Below are positions 28,426-40,831 of a DNA stretch of 64,000 bases, in pieces. The DNA is from an uncultured delta proteobacterium (GTDB taxonomy: Bacteria; Desulfobacterota; Syntrophorhabdia; Syntrophorhabdales; WCHB1-27), in contig CAWEPK010000009.1 of assembly GCA_963810935.1 (NCBI GenBank), positions 204,999 through 268,998 of the forward strand, in the 5' to 3' direction. The notes beneath the pieces are model-generated. The model was not told the origin of the DNA. It did no database searches and saw only the letters and a list, made by a program, of their open reading frames with translations. Made by a program: the position numbers and the translations under genes. Within the stretch, counting starts at the first letter, position 1. Each line of letters begins with the position of its first letter.

Positions 28426-29187
28426 ATGAGATTCTTTCCAATTCTTTTGATCGCCCTTCTCGTAGCGGGCTGCGCTTCATCGGGAGAGGTGAGTCAGGTA
28501 AGGCAGGACGTAACTTCGGTTTACAGCGAGCAGACAAGCTATATCCAGAAGACGGACAACCGCCTTACCCGTCTCGAGAAGGAGATGAAAGACCTGGAGA
28601 AAACCATCGGCACCCCGGAATCCGGCATGAGGAAACAGGTGATCGACCTGTCCGTAGCCGGAGACAACAGGGACGAGAAGATCAGGACGATCCTCGGCAG
28701 GCTCGACGAACTGGAATCGCAGTTGCGCGCGTACTGGGAAGAGGTGAAGGGAGAGCTGAGGGAGATGAGGAAGGGTCGCCAGGGGGCAAGCGCGGCCCCG
28801 ACCGCGGCGACGCCTGAAGACCTTTACAAGCAGGCCTTCGACAGCTTCCAGAAGGGGGCATACAAGGAAGCGGTGGCCCAGTTTACGGAATTCGTGCAGA
28901 AATCCCCCGACTCACCCCTTGCCCAGAACGCCTATTACTGGATGGGCGAGAGCTACATGAACATGAAGGCGTATGAGAAGGCGATTGTCCAGTTCCAGGA
29001 AGTAATCGACAAATACCCGAAGAGCGATAAAGCGGCCAGGGCCATGATCAGGCAGGCTGAAGGCTTTGCCGCAATAGGCGATAAAAAAAGCTCCTCGACC
29101 ATCCTGAAGAAGGTCGAGGAGCTTTTCCCGAAGACTGAAGAAGCCCGCCTCGCGGACCGGATGTTAAGGGGCGGCGCCCTCGACTAG
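28426..29187 (+). CDS. cpoB: Tol-Pal associated cell-division coordinator CpoB/YbgF (coiled coil plus TPR)
   Basis: Lipobox-like LVAGCAS, coiled-coil N-terminal half and TPR C-terminal half ([12 protein letters not shown]). Position after pal. Confidence 0.85.
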   Translation: MRFFPILLIALLVAGCASSGEVSQVRQDVTSVYSEQTSYIQKTDNRLTRLEKEMKDLEKTIGTPESGMRKQVIDLSVAGDNRDEKIRTILGRLDELESQLRAYWEEVKGELREMRKGRQGASAAPTAATPEDLYKQAFDSFQKGAYKEAVAQFTEFVQKSPDSPLAQNAYYWMGESYMNMKAYEKAIVQFQEVIDKYPKSDKAARAMIRQAEGFAAIGDKKSSSTILKKVEELFPKTEEARLADRMLRGGALD

Positions 29188-32100
29188 CGGCTCCTCCCCA
29201 TCGGCAAGGATAGGCGGAAGCTCTTCCGGTGGTTTCTCAGGGACATCGAGAGATACCATCTCGTAACTCCGGTATTTCGAGAAGCCCGTCCCCGCGGGGA
29301 TTATCCTCCCCATAATCACGTTCTCTTTGAGGCCGCGCAGGTAATCGACCCGGCCCTCGATGGACGCCTGGGTCAGTACCTTGGTAGTATCCTGGAAGCT
29401 GGCCGCCGAGATGAAGCTGTCCGTAATCAGCGACGCCTTGGTGATGCCCAGGAAGAGCGACTCCGCCGTTGCAGGCGTGCCTCCCTTCTCCATGACGCGC
29501 CTGTTCTCCTCCTCGAAGACCCACCACTCGACCGGCTCGTCGATGATGAAGTTCGTGTCCCCGACTTCCTTTATCCTTACGCGCTTGAGCATCTGCCTGA
29601 CGATGATCTCTATGTGTTTGTCGTTGATCTTGACACCCTGGAGCTGGTATACCTCCTGGATCTCGTCGACCAGGTAGCGCGCCAGGTCCTTGGTGCCGAG
29701 GATACGGAGCACGTCGTGCGGATTGACGGGGCCGTCGATAAGCGCCTCGCCCGCCCTCACGTAATCGCCCTCGTGGACGATGATGTGCTTGCCCCGCTGG
29801 ATGCTGTATTTGCGCGTCTCTCCGCGCTCCGGCGTCACGACGATCTCTCTTTTGCCTTTCTGCAGCTTGCCGAACGAGACGAGGCCGGAGATCTCCGTTA
29901 CCGTAGCGCTCTCTTTCGGGCGCCTTGCCTCAAACAGCTCTGCGACCCTGGGCAGACCGCCGGTAATGTCCTTCGTCTTGGTGGTCTCCCTGGGCATTTT
30001 CGATATGGCGTCGCCGGCAAAGATGTCGTCGCCCTCGTTAACGACTATATGGGCGCCGATGGGCAGGATGTAGCGGGCCGGGCTCTGTGTGCCCGGTATC
30101 ATTATGGTCCTCGCCTTCTCGTCCTTTATTGAGATGCGGGGCCGCAGCTCGGCGTCGCGGCTCTCGATGATGACCTTGTAGGCAAGGCCCGTAACCTCAT
30201 CGACCCGCTCCTGCATGGTCATGCCTTCGAGGATGTCGCCGAACTTCACCTTACCCGACACCTCCGAAAGAATAGGCGTCGTCCAGGGGTCCCACTCGGC
30301 CAGCGTCTGGCCTTCGCTCACTTTCTGGCCCTCCGCAACTTTCAGCCTTGCGCCGTAGATGATCGAATATTTTTCCCTCTCGTGGCCGGCCTCGTTGACG
30401 AGGAGCACTTCGCCGTTCCGGTTCATTACGACCGGCTGCCCCTCTTTGTTGAGGACCATCTTGACGTTGACGAGCTTGACGTAGCCTTCGTTCCTGGCTT
30501 CAAGCGTAGACTGCTCGACGCGCCTTGAGGCCGCCCCGCCGATGTGGAATGTCCTCATGGTGAGCTGCGTGCCCGGCTCGCCGATCGACTGCGCCGCGAT
30601 AATGCCGACGGCCTCGCCGATGCTGACCAGCCTGCCGCGCGCGAGGTCCCTGCCGTAGCAGAGGGCGCAGACGCCCCTCCTGGACCTGCACGTGAGGACC
30701 GAACGTATGCGGACCTTTTCGTAGCCCGCCTCGTCTACCCTCTTCAGGTGCTCTTCCCTGATCTCTTCGTTCCTCTTGACGATGATCTCTCCGTCGGGGT
30801 CCCTCAAATCGTCCAGCGAGACCCTCCCGAGGATCCTGGTGCCGAGCTGCTCGATAACCTCGCCGCCCTCTATCAGCGACGTCACTTCTATGCCGTCGAA
30901 GGTGCCGCAGTCCGTCTCGCCCACGATCACGTCATGGGCAACGTCGACGAGGCGCCTGGTCAGGTACCCGGAGTTGGCCGTCTTCAAAGCCGTGTCAGCG
31001 AGGCCTTTGCGGGCGCCGCTCGTAGAGATGAAGTACTGCAATACAGTCAGCCCCTCTCTGAAGTTGCTGGTGATCGGCGTCTCGATGATCTCGCCTGAAG
31101 GCTTGGCCATGAGGCCCCTCATGCCGGCGAGCTGTCTTATCTGCTGCGCGTTGCCTCTTGCGCCCGAATGGGCCATGATGAACATAGGGTTGAGGCTGTT
31201 CTGGTATTCCTGCTTGCCGTCCGGCGACGTGATCTTCTCGGACCCAAGCTCCCTCATCAACTCGTCGGCGATCCTTTCCGTAACGTCCGCCCAGATATCG
31301 ATTACCTTGTTGTAGCGCTCGCCGTCGGTGATGAGGCCTTCCGAGTACTGGTTCTGGACGACCTTGACCTCTTCGTAGGCCTTGTTTATCAGCTCTTCCT
31401 TTCGCTCCGGGATAATCATGTCGTCGATGGAGATGGAGATGCCGCCCATCGTGGCGTAGAAGAAGCCGACGCCTTTGAGCTTGTCCGAAAGGATGACCGT
31501 AGCCTTCTCGCCGCCCTGCCTGTAGCAGATGTCGACGAGCTGCCCTATCGACTTTTTGTCCATCACACGGTTTATGACCGGGAAGGGTATCATATCGGGG
31601 ATTACCTCCCGCAGGATGATCCTTCCGGGCGTTGTATCGACGAGCTGGGTCTCGGCGTCCGGCGTAATCTTCATCCTAACCCGCACACGCGCGTGGAGGT
31701 CGATCTCGCCGGAATCATACGCCATCCGCACCTCTTCCGCGTCCGCGAACGTCTTGCCCTCGCCCGGCCTGTATTTCCGGTCGATAGTGAGGTAATATAG
31801 GCCGAGCACGATGTCCTGGGTAGGCACGATGATCGGCCTGCCGCTCGCAGGCGACAGGATATTGTTCGTCGACATCATTAGGACGCGCGCCTCGGACTGC
31901 GCCTCGATGGAGAGGGGCACGTGGACGGCCATCTGGTCCCCGTCGAAGTCCGCATTATAGGCGGGGCAGACGAGGGGGTGCAACTGGATCGCCTTGCCGT
32001 CTATGAGCTGGGGCTCGAAGGCCTGGATGCCGAGCCTGTGCAGCGTGGGCGCCCTGTTCAGGAGCACCGGGTGCTCCTTTATAACGTCTTCAAGCATATC

Positions 32101-33327
32101 CCAGACCTCGGGACGCTCTTTCTCGACGAGCTTTTTCGCGTTCTTTATGGTCGTGGCAAAGCCTTTCTTTATGAGCCGGTTGTAAACGAAGGGCTTGAAA
32201 AGCTCCAGGGCCATATATTTCGGAAGGCCGCACTCGTGGAGCTTAAGCTCCGGGCCGACGACGATGACCGACCTGCCGGAATAATCGACCCTTTTGCCGA
32301 GCAGGTTCTGGCGGAACCGCCCCTGCTTGCCCCGCAGCATATCGGAGAGTGATTTGAGGGGCCTTTTGCTCGTGCCGGTGACTATACGGCCGCGCTTCGA
32401 ATTGTCGAAGAGGGCGTCCACCGCCTCCTGGAGCATCCTTTTCTCGTTCCTTATGATGATCTCCGGGGCGTTAAGCTCCATCAGCCTTTTGAGGCGGTTG
32501 TTCCTGTTGATAACTCTCCTGTAGAGGTCGTTCAGGTCGGAGGTCGCAAACCTGCCGCCGTCCAGGGGAACCAGGGGGCGAAGCTCAGGCGGGAGGACCG
32601 GGATGATATCGAGGATCATCCAATCGGGCTTTACGCCGGAGATACGGAACGCATCGACGACCTTCAGCCTCCTCGCCAGCTTCTTCCTCTTGGCGTCGGA
32701 GGACGTCTCCCTCATCTCCTCCCTGATGCTTTTCCCCACCTGCTCCACGTCGATCTTCCGGAGGCACTCGCGCATCGCCTCGGCGCCTATGCCGCCCGAG
32801 AATTTGTCGCCGTGTTTTTCTTTGGCTTCGAGGTATTTGTCCTCGGTTATAAGCTCGCAAAAGCTGTATTGGGACGGGCCGGGCTCGACGACGATGTACA
32901 TCTCGAAATATAGGACGCGCTCGACCTCTTTGATGGTAAGCTCGAGGAGCGTCCCGATCTTGCTCGGCATGCTCTTCAGGAACCAGATGTGCGCGATGGG
33001 GGAGGCCAGGTGGATATGGCCCATCCTCTCGCGCCTGACCTTCGACTGTATTACCTCGACGCCGCACTTCTCGCAGATGATACCGCGGTGCTTCATCCTT
33101 TTGTATTTGCCGCAGATGCACTCATAGTCTTTCACGGGTCCGAAGATCCGCGCGCAGAAAAGCCCGTCCTTTTCCGGCTTGAAGGTCCGGTAGTTGATCG
33201 TCTCCGGCTTCTTCACTTCACCGAAAGACCATTTCTCGATCAATTCCGGCGAAGCCAGCGAGAGCTTCATCGCCGTATAGCTCAGCGGGTCTTTCTGTTT
33301 ATCGAAAATTTTGAAATAGTCGTCCAA
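29164..33327 (-). CDS. rpoC: DNA-directed RNA polymerase subunit beta'
   Basis: 1387 aa. Zn-finger [20 protein letters not shown] and catalytic [12 protein letters not shown]. Confidence 0.99.
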   Translation of the reverse strand: MDDYFKIFDKQKDPLSYTAMKLSLASPELIEKWSFGEVKKPETINYRTFKPEKDGLFCARIFGPVKDYECICGKYKRMKHRGIICEKCGVEVIQSKVRRERMGHIHLASPIAHIWFLKSMPSKIGTLLELTIKEVERVLYFEMYIVVEPGPSQYSFCELITEDKYLEAKEKHGDKFSGGIGAEAMRECLRKIDVEQVGKSIREEMRETSSDAKRKKLARRLKVVDAFRISGVKPDWMILDIIPVLPPELRPLVPLDGGRFATSDLNDLYRRVINRNNRLKRLMELNAPEIIIRNEKRMLQEAVDALFDNSKRGRIVTGTSKRPLKSLSDMLRGKQGRFRQNLLGKRVDYSGRSVIVVGPELKLHECGLPKYMALELFKPFVYNRLIKKGFATTIKNAKKLVEKERPEVWDMLEDVIKEHPVLLNRAPTLHRLGIQAFEPQLIDGKAIQLHPLVCPAYNADFDGDQMAVHVPLSIEAQSEARVLMMSTNNILSPASGRPIIVPTQDIVLGLYYLTIDRKYRPGEGKTFADAEEVRMAYDSGEIDLHARVRVRMKITPDAETQLVDTTPGRIILREVIPDMIPFPVINRVMDKKSIGQLVDICYRQGGEKATVILSDKLKGVGFFYATMGGISISIDDMIIPERKEELINKAYEEVKVVQNQYSEGLITDGERYNKVIDIWADVTERIADELMRELGSEKITSPDGKQEYQNSLNPMFIMAHSGARGNAQQIRQLAGMRGLMAKPSGEIIETPITSNFREGLTVLQYFISTSGARKGLADTALKTANSGYLTRRLVDVAHDVIVGETDCGTFDGIEVTSLIEGGEVIEQLGTRILGRVSLDDLRDPDGEIIVKRNEEIREEHLKRVDEAGYEKVRIRSVLTCRSRRGVCALCYGRDLARGRLVSIGEAVGIIAAQSIGEPGTQLTMRTFHIGGAASRRVEQSTLEARNEGYVKLVNVKMVLNKEGQPVVMNRNGEVLLVNEAGHEREKYSIIYGARLKVAEGQKVSEGQTLAEWDPWTTPILSEVSGKVKFGDILEGMTMQERVDEVTGLAYKVIIESRDAELRPRISIKDEKARTIMIPGTQSPARYILPIGAHIVVNEGDDIFAGDAISKMPRETTKTKDITGGLPRVAELFEARRPKESATVTEISGLVSFGKLQKGKREIVVTPERGETRKYSIQRGKHIIVHEGDYVRAGEALIDGPVNPHDVLRILGTKDLARYLVDEIQEVYQLQGVKINDKHIEIIVRQMLKRVRIKEVGDTNFIIDEPVEWWVFEEENRRVMEKGGTPATAESLFLGITKASLITDSFISAASFQDTTKVLTQASIEGRVDYLRGLKENVIMGRIIPAGTGFSKYRSYEMVSLDVPEKPPEELPPILADGEEPLVEGAAP

Positions 33328-33337
33328 AACGGCCTCC

Positions 33338-36300
33338 TTATTCTTCTTCTTCTTTGATCAAGTCAACGTTGATGCAGAGGCTTTGCAGCTCTTTCACCAA
33401 AACGTTGAACGATTCAGGCAGCGAGGGCTCCAGCACGTCCTCGCCTTTGACGATGGACTCGTAAGCCTTCACCCTGCCGCTCACGTCGTCCGACTTGATC
33501 GTGAGGAATTCCTGAAGCGAATAGGCAGCCCCATAAGCTTCTAAGGCCCATACTTCCATCTCGCCCAGCCTCTGGCCGCCGAACTGCGCCTTCCCGCCGA
33601 GGGGCTGCTGCGTAACGAGCGAATAAGGCCCGATGGAACGGGCGTGTATCTTGTCATCCACCAGGTGGTGGAGCTTGAGGATGTACATATAGCCTATGGT
33701 CACCTTGTGGTGGAACGGGTCTCCCGTCCTTCCATCGTAAAGCGTGATCTGCCTCGTATCGGGCAGGCCCGCCATCTTGAAGGCTTCGCTGATTTCTTCT
33801 TCCTTTGCGCCGTCGAAGACGGGGACAGCTATGTGGACGCCCTCCTTGACCTGGTTCGCAAGCTCAACCAGCTCGTCTTCAGTCAGCTTCTTCAGGAACT
33901 CCTGCATATCCGCGTGCCCGAAAATCTCCCTCATGCGGCTGCGGAGCAGGGCAGCATTGTTCTTATCGACGAGCCTGCCTATTGTCTTGCCGAGCTCGAC
34001 GGACGCCCAGCCGAGGTGGGTCTCCAGTATCTGGCCCGCGTTCATACGTGAAGGCACGCCCAGGGGGTTCAGGACTACGTCGACGGCGGTCCCGTCCTCG
34101 GTAAACGGCATGTCTTCTTCGGGCAGGATAACCGAGACGATGCCCTTGTTGCCGTGCCGCCCGGATATCTTGTCGCCTACGGCTATCTTGCGCTTCATGG
34201 CCACGTAGACCTTGATCGTCTTCAAGACGCCCGGCGGAAGCTCGTCGCCCTTCTTGATCTTGTTTATCTTGTCTTCGTAATAGAGCTTTATCAGCTCGAT
34301 CTGGTTCTCTTTGCCGTCTACGATCTTGGAGACCCTTGCCTCCAGGTCCTTGTCATCGAAATCGATATCATGCAGCTTATCGACGTTGATCGCGTTGATC
34401 TTCTCGCTGGTAAAGGCCTCGCCTTTCTTGACGACCACCTTGCCTTTGCCGTCTTTGATCTCCCTCGGCGCCGTCTTCCCTAAGAGAAGGTCCTGCACCT
34501 TGTCCCTGGTCGAATCGAGAATTATCCTGACCTGGTCTTCCTGGTCTTTGAGGATGTTCGATATCTCTATGTCCTCGATGAGCCTCGACCGCTCGTCCTT
34601 GTCGATGCCCCTGCGCGAGAGCACTTTGACGTCTATGACGATGCCTTCGATGCCGTGTGGTATCCGCAGCGACGTATCCTTTACGTCTCCGGCTTTCTCA
34701 CCGAAGATCGCGCGCAGCAGTTTCTCTTCCGGCGTAAGCTGGGTTTCGCCCTTTGGCGTGACTTTGCCGACCAGGATGTCCCCTGCCCGCACCGTTGCGC
34801 CTATGCGGATTATGCCCGAGTCGTCCAGGTCCTTCAGGGCCTCGTCGCCTACGTTCGGGATATCGCGGGTGACCTCTTCCTTGCCGAGCTTCGTGTCCCT
34901 GACGACGCATTCGAGCTCCTCGATGTGTATCGAGGTGAAGCTGTCTTCAGCGACCAGTCTCTCGTTGATCAGGACGGAGTCCTCGTAGTTGTACCCCCTC
35001 CACGGCATAAAGGCTACCATTACGTTCTTGCCCAGGGCAAGCTCGCCCCTGTCCGTAGAAGGGCCGTCCGCCAGGACCTCTCCCTTTTTGACATAGTCGC
35101 CTTTCCGTACTATCACGCGCTGGTTTATGCACGTGTCCTGGTTGGACCGGCGGAACTTCAGGAGGTTATAGACGTCGATTTTTGTGACCGGCTCCTCGCC
35201 TTTTTTCTTATCTTCGTACTTGAGGATGATCCGGTTCGCGTCCACGCTTTCCACGACGCCGTCGTACTTGGCCACGATGCTGACCCGCGAGTCTCTACCC
35301 ACTATGCGCTCCATGCCGGTGCCTATGAGGGGCGCCTCCGTCCTGAGTAGGGGCACTGCCTGCCGCTGCATGTTGGAGCCCATGAGAGCACGGTTCGCGT
35401 CGTCATGCTCGAGGAACGGAATCAAAGACGCCGAGACCGAGACGAGCTGCTTCGGGGAGACGTCCATGAGGTCGATCGACATGGGGTCTATCCAGAAGAA
35501 GCCGCCGCCCTTTCTGGCGGAGACGAGGTCCGTTTGGAAGCGCCCGTCCGCATCGACCGGCGCGTTCGCCTGGGCCACGTAATACTGCTCCTCTTCTAGG
35601 GCGCTCATATACTTGATGTTGTTCGTTACGCGACCGTTGATAACTTCACGGTACGGCGTCTCGATGAACCCGTATTCGTTGACGCGGGCGTACGTCGAGA
35701 GCGACGCGATAAGGCCGATGTTCGGTCCTTCCGGGGTCTCGATCGGGCAAATCCGGCCGTAGTGCGTCGGGTGGACGTCGCGCACCTCGAAACCTGCCCG
35801 CTCCCTGGTGAGGCCGCCCGGCCCGAGGGCCGAGAGCCTGCGCTTGTGGGTGATCTCGGAAAGCGGGTTCGTCTGGTCCATGAACTGCGAAAGCTGGCTG
35901 CTCGCGAAGAAGTCCTTGACTGCCGTAGCGACCGGCTTCGGGTTTACCAGGTCGTGCGGCATGAGCGTTTCCATCTCGGGGAAAGTAAGCCTTTCCTTGA
36001 TAGCCCGCTCCATTCGCACAAGGCCCATCCTGAACTGGTTCTCCAGCAGCTCGCCTACCGTCCTGACCCTCCTGTTCCCCAGGTGGTCGATGTCGTCGCC
36101 GGAGCCCCTCGTATCCTTCAAGCGGAGAAGCTGGTGGACAACTTCGATGATGTCCTCCCTGCGCAGGGTCGTCTCATCCAGCGGGATGCCCAGGCCGAGC
36201 CGGTGGTTCATCTTGAGCCTGCCGACCTTCGACAGGTCGTAACGCTCGGGGCTGAAGAACATGTTATGGACAAGGGCTTCTGCAAACTCGTACGTGGGCG

Positions 36301-37445
36301 GGTCGCCCGGCCGCAGCTTCCTGTATATCTCGAGGAGCGCTTCGTCCTTGCCGCCTGCCTTGTCGATAAGGAGCGTGTCCCGGAGCGAAGAGCTCGACGT
36401 TCAGGTTGTCGATGAAAAGGACTTCAAAGCTCTTTATGTTGCGGGCGGTTATCTTCGTCAGATCGTCTTCGGTGATCTCCTTGTTGATCGGGACGATCAC
36501 TTCTTTCGTCTCCGGATCGATTATGCTGGCCGCCACCACCTTGCCGATGACGTCCTGCTCATCGACCGGTATCTTGACGATATTCGCCTGCTCCATCTTC
36601 TTGATGACGCCCTTGGTGATCTTCTTGTGCTTCTTGACCAGCACCTCGTCCGTCTTGGTGTTGATGATATCGGCCGGGGCCTTCTGACCCAGGAGCAGCT
36701 CGAAAGGCGTCTCTTTGAAGACTTTTCCGTCTTTTATGCTGACCGTTTCCTTCTCATAGAAGTAATCGAGAATCTCCTTCTCCGAATAGCCCAGCGCCCG
36801 CAGAAGGAGGGTTACGGGAATTTTCTTCCGTTTGTCGATGCGAACATAAAGGAGCTCTTTGTGGTCGAACTCGAAATCGAGCCAGGAGCCCCGGTACGGG
36901 ATGATCCTTGCCGTGTAGGCGAAGTTGCCGCTGAAGGGCGCTTTCGACTGGTCGCAGTCGAAGTAGACGCCGGGCGAGCGATGGAGCTGGCTGACGATGA
37001 CCCGCTCTGTCCCGTTGATGATGAACGTCCCCCTCTCAGTCATGAGAGGTATCTCCCCGAAATAGACGTCCTGTTCCTTTACAGCCTTTATATCTTTTAT
37101 CTTGGTGTTCGGATCGACGTTGAAGACGACGAGCCGTATCGTAACCTTCATGGGGGAGGCAAAGGTGAGACCCCGGACGATGCACTCCTCCTCGGAATAC
37201 TTAGGATCGCCGATCTCGTACTGGACGAACTCCAGCGAGGTCGTCTCGTGCGAGTCCTTTATGGGGAAGACGCTGGTGAAAACCGCCTGAAGCCCCACGC
37301 TGGTCCGCTCTTCCACGGGTATGTCCTTCTGGAGGAAGATTTCGTACGAACTTAACTGAATCTCGATAAGATTGGAAATATCGAGAACCTCTTTGAGCTT
37401 CCCGTACGTCTTTCTCACAATCTTATTATGAAAGGTTTGCCTCAT
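33338..37445 (-). CDS. rpoB: DNA-directed RNA polymerase subunit beta, reading frame broken by one extra nucleotide near 36390-36400
   Basis: Two ORFs (36264-37445 and 33338-36262). The N-terminal frame is RpoB-like up to ...FIDNLNV and then reads junk. The downstream frame reads [36 protein letters not shown]...[14 protein letters not shown] upstream of the first Met in the track. Span is 4108 nt = 3n+1. Confidence 0.97.
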
Positions 37446-37472
37446 ATCCTGTTCACCTCTTGTTTGAACGTT

Positions 37473-37496
37473 GGGGGCAAAGTTTCCTTTGCCCCC
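37473..37496 (-). promoter_or_regulatory. Strong hairpin in the rplL-rpoB spacer (attenuator-like)
   Basis: GGGGGCAAAG-TTTC-CTTTGCCCCC, a perfect 10-bp stem. Same position as the E. coli rplL-rpoB attenuator, but no U-tract follows on the minus strand. Confidence 0.4.
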
Positions 37497-37517
37497 CGGT
37501 AGCCGATGCCAAAATTA

Positions 37518-37904
37518 CTACTCAACCTTAACCTGGCCGCTCACCTCTTCGAGCTGCTTTTTGACGTTCTCCGCTTCCTGCTTGGAAACGCCTTCCTTCA
37601 CAGCCTTGGGGACGCCTTCTACCAGGTCTTTAGCCTCTTTGAGGCCGAGGCTCGTTACGGCCCTCACCACCTTGATTACCTGTATCTTCTTGTCCGCCTC
37701 ATAACCGGTGAGCACTACGTTGAACTCCGTCTGCTCCTCAACCGGCTCTGCAGCCGCTGCCGCAGGGGCCGCTCCGCCGCCCATCATCATCGGCATCGCC
37801 GCCGTCACGCCGAACTTCTCCTCGAGCGTCTTTATGAATTCGGAAAGCTCCAGGACGGTCATATTCTCGATGTAGCTTATTACGTCTTCTTTGGTTGCAG
37901 CCAT
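37518..37904 (-). CDS. rplL: 50S ribosomal protein L7/L12
   Basis: 128 aa; Ala-rich hinge, then [24 protein letters not shown]. Confidence 0.97.
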   Translation of the reverse strand: MAATKEDVISYIENMTVLELSEFIKTLEEKFGVTAAMPMMMGGGAAPAAAAAEPVEEQTEFNVVLTGYEADKKIQVIKVVRAVTSLGLKEAKDLVEGVPKAVKEGVSKQEAENVKKQLEEVSGQVKVE

Positions 37905-37919
37905 TTAATCGATCCTCCT

Positions 37920-38441
37920 TTACACAGTCTCTTTTTTTGCCTTGATAGCGTTCAGCGTCAGCATAAGCTGCATGAGGTTGCCGGACAAAGCGCCGACGAG
38001 CCTCTGAGGCATGCTGAGCAGAAGACCGAGCAGCTTGCCGACGAGGACGTCCTTCGACGGCAGCGTTGCCAGCGTAAGTACGTCCTGCGCTTTGATCCTC
38101 TTGTTACCCAGTAACCCCGATTTGAGCTTGAGCTTTGGCACTTCCTTCGCTATTGCCGCGAGGACTTTTGCCACGCCGACCGGGTCCTTATAGCTGTAAA
38201 TTACCGCGTTGGGACCCGCAAACTCGTCTTTGAGCGCCTCTACGTTCTTCCCCTTTGCGGCGATCGCGAAGAGCGTGTTCTTCATGACCTTGAACTCTCC
38301 ACCCACATGGTCGAGCTCTCTGCGGAGCTTCGATATCTGGGCGACGTTCATGCCGCTGTATTCCGCGAGGAACAGGGCGCCGGCCCGCTTGAGCCTTTCG
38401 TCAAGCTCACTGACCTGCTTTTCTTTTGCCTTTCTTTCCAA
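37920..38441 (-). CDS. rplJ: 50S ribosomal protein L10
   Basis: 173 aa, TTG start with AAGGAGGG upstream. Position between rplA and rplL. Confidence 0.94.
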   Translation of the reverse strand: MERKAKEKQVSELDERLKRAGALFLAEYSGMNVAQISKLRRELDHVGGEFKVMKNTLFAIAAKGKNVEALKDEFAGPNAVIYSYKDPVGVAKVLAAIAKEVPKLKLKSGLLGNKRIKAQDVLTLATLPSKDVLVGKLLGLLLSMPQRLVGALSGNLMQLMLTLNAIKAKKETV

Positions 38442-38573
38442 TTGTCGTCATCCCTCCTTTCGTTGAATTATGTATGGAAAGTCAGAAGAGACGAAACTGC
38501 GTGTTCGTGTCTCGGCAGGCCGCTTTTCCCGTTTGACCGGATGCCCCGGCACCTGCTGTCTCTGACGCCTTCC
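38442..38573 (-). promoter_or_regulatory. rplJ leader region (possible L10 autoregulatory leader)
   Basis: 132-nt untranslated spacer between rplA and rplJ, where the L10(L12)4-binding leader lies in many bacteria. Assigned by position only; I did not fold it. Confidence 0.3.
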
Positions 38574-39278
38574 CTATTTTGTCAGGCTCCTCACATAGGC
38601 AGGATCGATTTTCACTCCAGGGCTCATTGTTCTTGATACGGCGATGCCCTTTACGAAGGTGCCTTTGCTTGATGCAGGCTTCAGCCTTACAATCGCATCG
38701 AAGAGCGTGCTGATGTTCTCCCTTAGCTTTTCCGGCCCAAAACTCCCCTTGCCGACGGGTACGTGGAGGTTCCCTGCCTTGTCGACGCGGAACTCTACGC
38801 GCCCCGCTTTCAGCTCGTTGACGGCCTTCGCCACGTCGAATGTTACGGTGCCGACCTTCGGGTTGGGCATGAGGCCCCTGGGTCCCAGTATCTTGCCGAG
38901 CTTACTGACCGCCCCCATCATGTCGGGAGTGGCAATTGCCTTGTCGAAATCGAGCCAGCCTTTCTGTATCTTCTCGATATAGTCGTCGGAGCCGACGTAG
39001 TCAGCGCCGGCTTCCTCGGCCTCTTTTTCCTTCTGTCCCTTGGCAAAAACGAGAATCCGCACCTTCTTGCCCAGCCCGTTCGGCAGCACTACCGAGCCGC
39101 GCACCATCTGGTCTGCGTGCCGGGGGTCTACGCCGAGGCGCATGGCGACTTCTACGGTCTCATCGAATTTTCTCTCAGGCATCTGGGCGAGCAGGTCGAG
39201 AGCTTCCTCGAGGCTATAGCGCTTTTCCCTGTCTACCTTCTCGATTGCTTCCTTATATTTCTTCGATTGTTCTGCCAT
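38574..39278 (-). CDS. rplA: 50S ribosomal protein L1
   Basis: [16 protein letters not shown]... typical L1. ATG at 39278 preferred over the GTG at 39287 used by the track. Confidence 0.95.
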   Translation of the reverse strand: MAEQSKKYKEAIEKVDREKRYSLEEALDLLAQMPERKFDETVEVAMRLGVDPRHADQMVRGSVVLPNGLGKKVRILVFAKGQKEKEAEEAGADYVGSDDYIEKIQKGWLDFDKAIATPDMMGAVSKLGKILGPRGLMPNPKVGTVTFDVAKAVNELKAGRVEFRVDKAGNLHVPVGKGSFGPEKLRENISTLFDAIVRLKPASSKGTFVKGIAVSRTMSPGVKIDPAYVRSLTK

Positions 39279-39380
39279 CTCTCTCACCCCTTCAAAAAAT
39301 AAAGACTCTCAGCACAGCAATCCTCTTGCGTTGCCCGGGTCTTGAATAAGCTTAAATTGTGAGCTTGCCTTAACGCTTTA

Positions 39381-39809
39381 TCAGCCCTCCACTACCTCCA
39401 GTCCCATACTCCTCGCGGACCCCTCCACGATTTTCATCGCGCCTGCAAGGTCCTTTGCATTCAGGTCCGGCATCTTGAGCTGCGCGATCTCCTTGACCTG
39501 CGACTTCGTAACCTGCCCCACGGTCTCTTTTTTGGGGTTGCTCGCCCCCTTGGCCAGCTTTACCGCCTTCTTGAGGAGAAAGGAGACGGGGGGCGTCTTC
39601 ATTATAAAGGTAAAAGTCCGGTCGGAGTATATAGTGATAAGCACAGGAATGATGGTCCCTTCCTGCGTCTTCGTCCTCTCGTTGAAGGCCTTGCAAAACT
39701 CCATGATATTAACGCCGTGCTGGCCCAGGGCCGGGCCCACGGGCGGCGAAGGCGTTGCCTGACCCGCCGACAATTGAAGCTTTACCAACGCGGCAACTTT
39801 CTTTGCCAT
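39381..39809 (-). CDS. rplK: 50S ribosomal protein L11
   Basis: [43 protein letters not shown]. Confidence 0.97.
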   Translation of the reverse strand: MAKKVAALVKLQLSAGQATPSPPVGPALGQHGVNIMEFCKAFNERTKTQEGTIIPVLITIYSDRTFTFIMKTPPVSFLLKKAVKLAKGASNPKKETVGQVTKSQVKEIAQLKMPDLNAKDLAGAMKIVEGSARSMGLEVVEG

Positions 39810-39824
39810 TTTGTAAGATCTCCT

Positions 39825-40367
39825 TTACATTTTTTCTATCTGCATAAAATCCAGCTCTACGGGCGTCGTCCTTCCGAAGATATTGAGGAGGACCTTGACC
39901 TTGCCCTTCTCGGGCTTGATCTCCTCGACGCTTCCCGTAAAATTCGAAAAGGGACCCTCGATCACCTTGACGCTGTCTCCTTTGTCAAACCTGATCTTCG
40001 GTTTTATCTTCCCCTTCCCTTCCTGGATCGCAGAAACTATGTCCTTTATCTCGTCGTCCGGCAGCGGGGTGGGCTTCATGCCGTAGCCGACGAACCCCGT
40101 CACCTTCGGCGTATTGCGCACCAGGTACCACGTATCCTCGTTCATGTCCATCTGGACGATGATATAACCGGGAAATATGGTCCTCTGCGACTTTTTCGCC
40201 TGCCCCTTCACCCGCTCCATTATGATCTCGGAGGGCACTATTATCTCGGCGAATTGGTCTTCCATCCCGCTGGTCCGTATCCGCTCTTCGAGCGCTTCCT
40301 TGACCTTTTGCTCGTAGCCTGAATACGTATGCACTACATACCATTTCTTTTCCATCGATTTATCCAC
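39825..40367 (-). CDS. nusG: Transcription termination/antitermination factor NusG
   Basis: KKWYVVHTYSGYE NGN domain and C-terminal KOW (GDSVKVIEGPF). Alternative ATG start at 40355. Confidence 0.96.
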   Translation of the reverse strand: MDKSMEKKWYVVHTYSGYEQKVKEALEERIRTSGMEDQFAEIIVPSEIIMERVKGQAKKSQRTIFPGYIIVQMDMNEDTWYLVRNTPKVTGFVGYGMKPTPLPDDEIKDIVSAIQEGKGKIKPKIRFDKGDSVKVIEGPFSNFTGSVEEIKPEKGKVKVLLNIFGRTTPVELDFMQIEKM

Positions 40368-40563
40368 GGAACAGGACCTGGATGATTTTAGCGAGCCCTA
40401 CGTCCACTATCCCCAGAAAGACGGCCGCGACGAATACCGTGATGAGTACCACGTAAGTGCCTTTCATGGTTTCCTTCCTGGAGGGGAAGGTAACGCGCTT
40501 CGTCTCCACGTAGACTTCCTTGAAGTACGTCTTAACCTGGTCGACTATCTCTCTTGTATTCAT
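40360..40563 (-). CDS. secE: Preprotein translocase subunit SecE
   Basis: 67 aa with a single C-terminal TM. Canonical position between tRNA-Trp and nusG. Confidence 0.9.
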   Translation of the reverse strand: MNTREIVDQVKTYFKEVYVETKRVTFPSRKETMKGTYVVLITVFVAAVFLGIVDVGLAKIIQVLFRG

Positions 40564-40580
40564 CGCGTCTCCAGTACAAA

Positions 40581-40654
40581 CAGGCCAGGAGGGATTCGAA
40601 CCCCCAACACCCGGATTTGGAGTCCGGTGCTCTATCCGTTAGAGCTACTGGCCT
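40581..40654 (-). tRNA. tRNA-Trp (anticodon CCA)
   Basis: Minus strand AGGCCAGTAGCTC...CCGGACTCCAAATCCGG...TTCGAATCC...CTGGCCTG folds by eye as a cloverleaf. Canonical rpmG-tRNA(Trp)-secE position. Confidence 0.9.
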
Positions 40655-40655
40655 A

Positions 40656-40805
40656 CTATTTGGTTTCCTTATGCGCCGTATGTTTTTTGCAAAACTTGCA
40701 GTACTTCTTCATCTCCAGCCTGTCGGGCGTCTTCTGCTTGTTTTTAGAGGTCGTATAGTTCCTGTTCTTGCAGTCGGAACAGGCCAGTATCACCAATTGC
40801 CTCAT
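40656..40805 (-). CDS. rpmG: 50S ribosomal protein L33
   Basis: Hand translation: [49 protein letters not shown] (49 aa, two CxxC pairs). Below the ORF-track size cutoff. Confidence 0.9.
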   Translation of the reverse strand: MRQLVILACSDCKNRNYTTSKNKQKTPDRLEMKKYCKFCKKHTAHKETK

Positions 40806-40831
40806 CGTTCTACCTCTTCTATGGCTCTATT

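Noticed and set aside
29164-29187. 24-bp convergent overlap of the rpoC and cpoB 3' ends as an antisense regulatory feature
   Set aside because: Short 3' overlaps of convergent genes are common in compact genomes. There is no hairpin or other signal here and nothing to test beyond the overlap itself.
36261-37355. 364-aa plus-strand ORF
   Set aside because: Antisense to the rpoB N-terminal part.
33338-37445. Genuinely split rpoB (two beta fragments) or programmed frameshift
   Set aside because: Conserved RpoB residues continue in the second frame upstream of its first Met, and no RBS or start exists for a second polypeptide. No slippery heptamer or stimulatory structure is evident. Three other genes show the same one-base excess.
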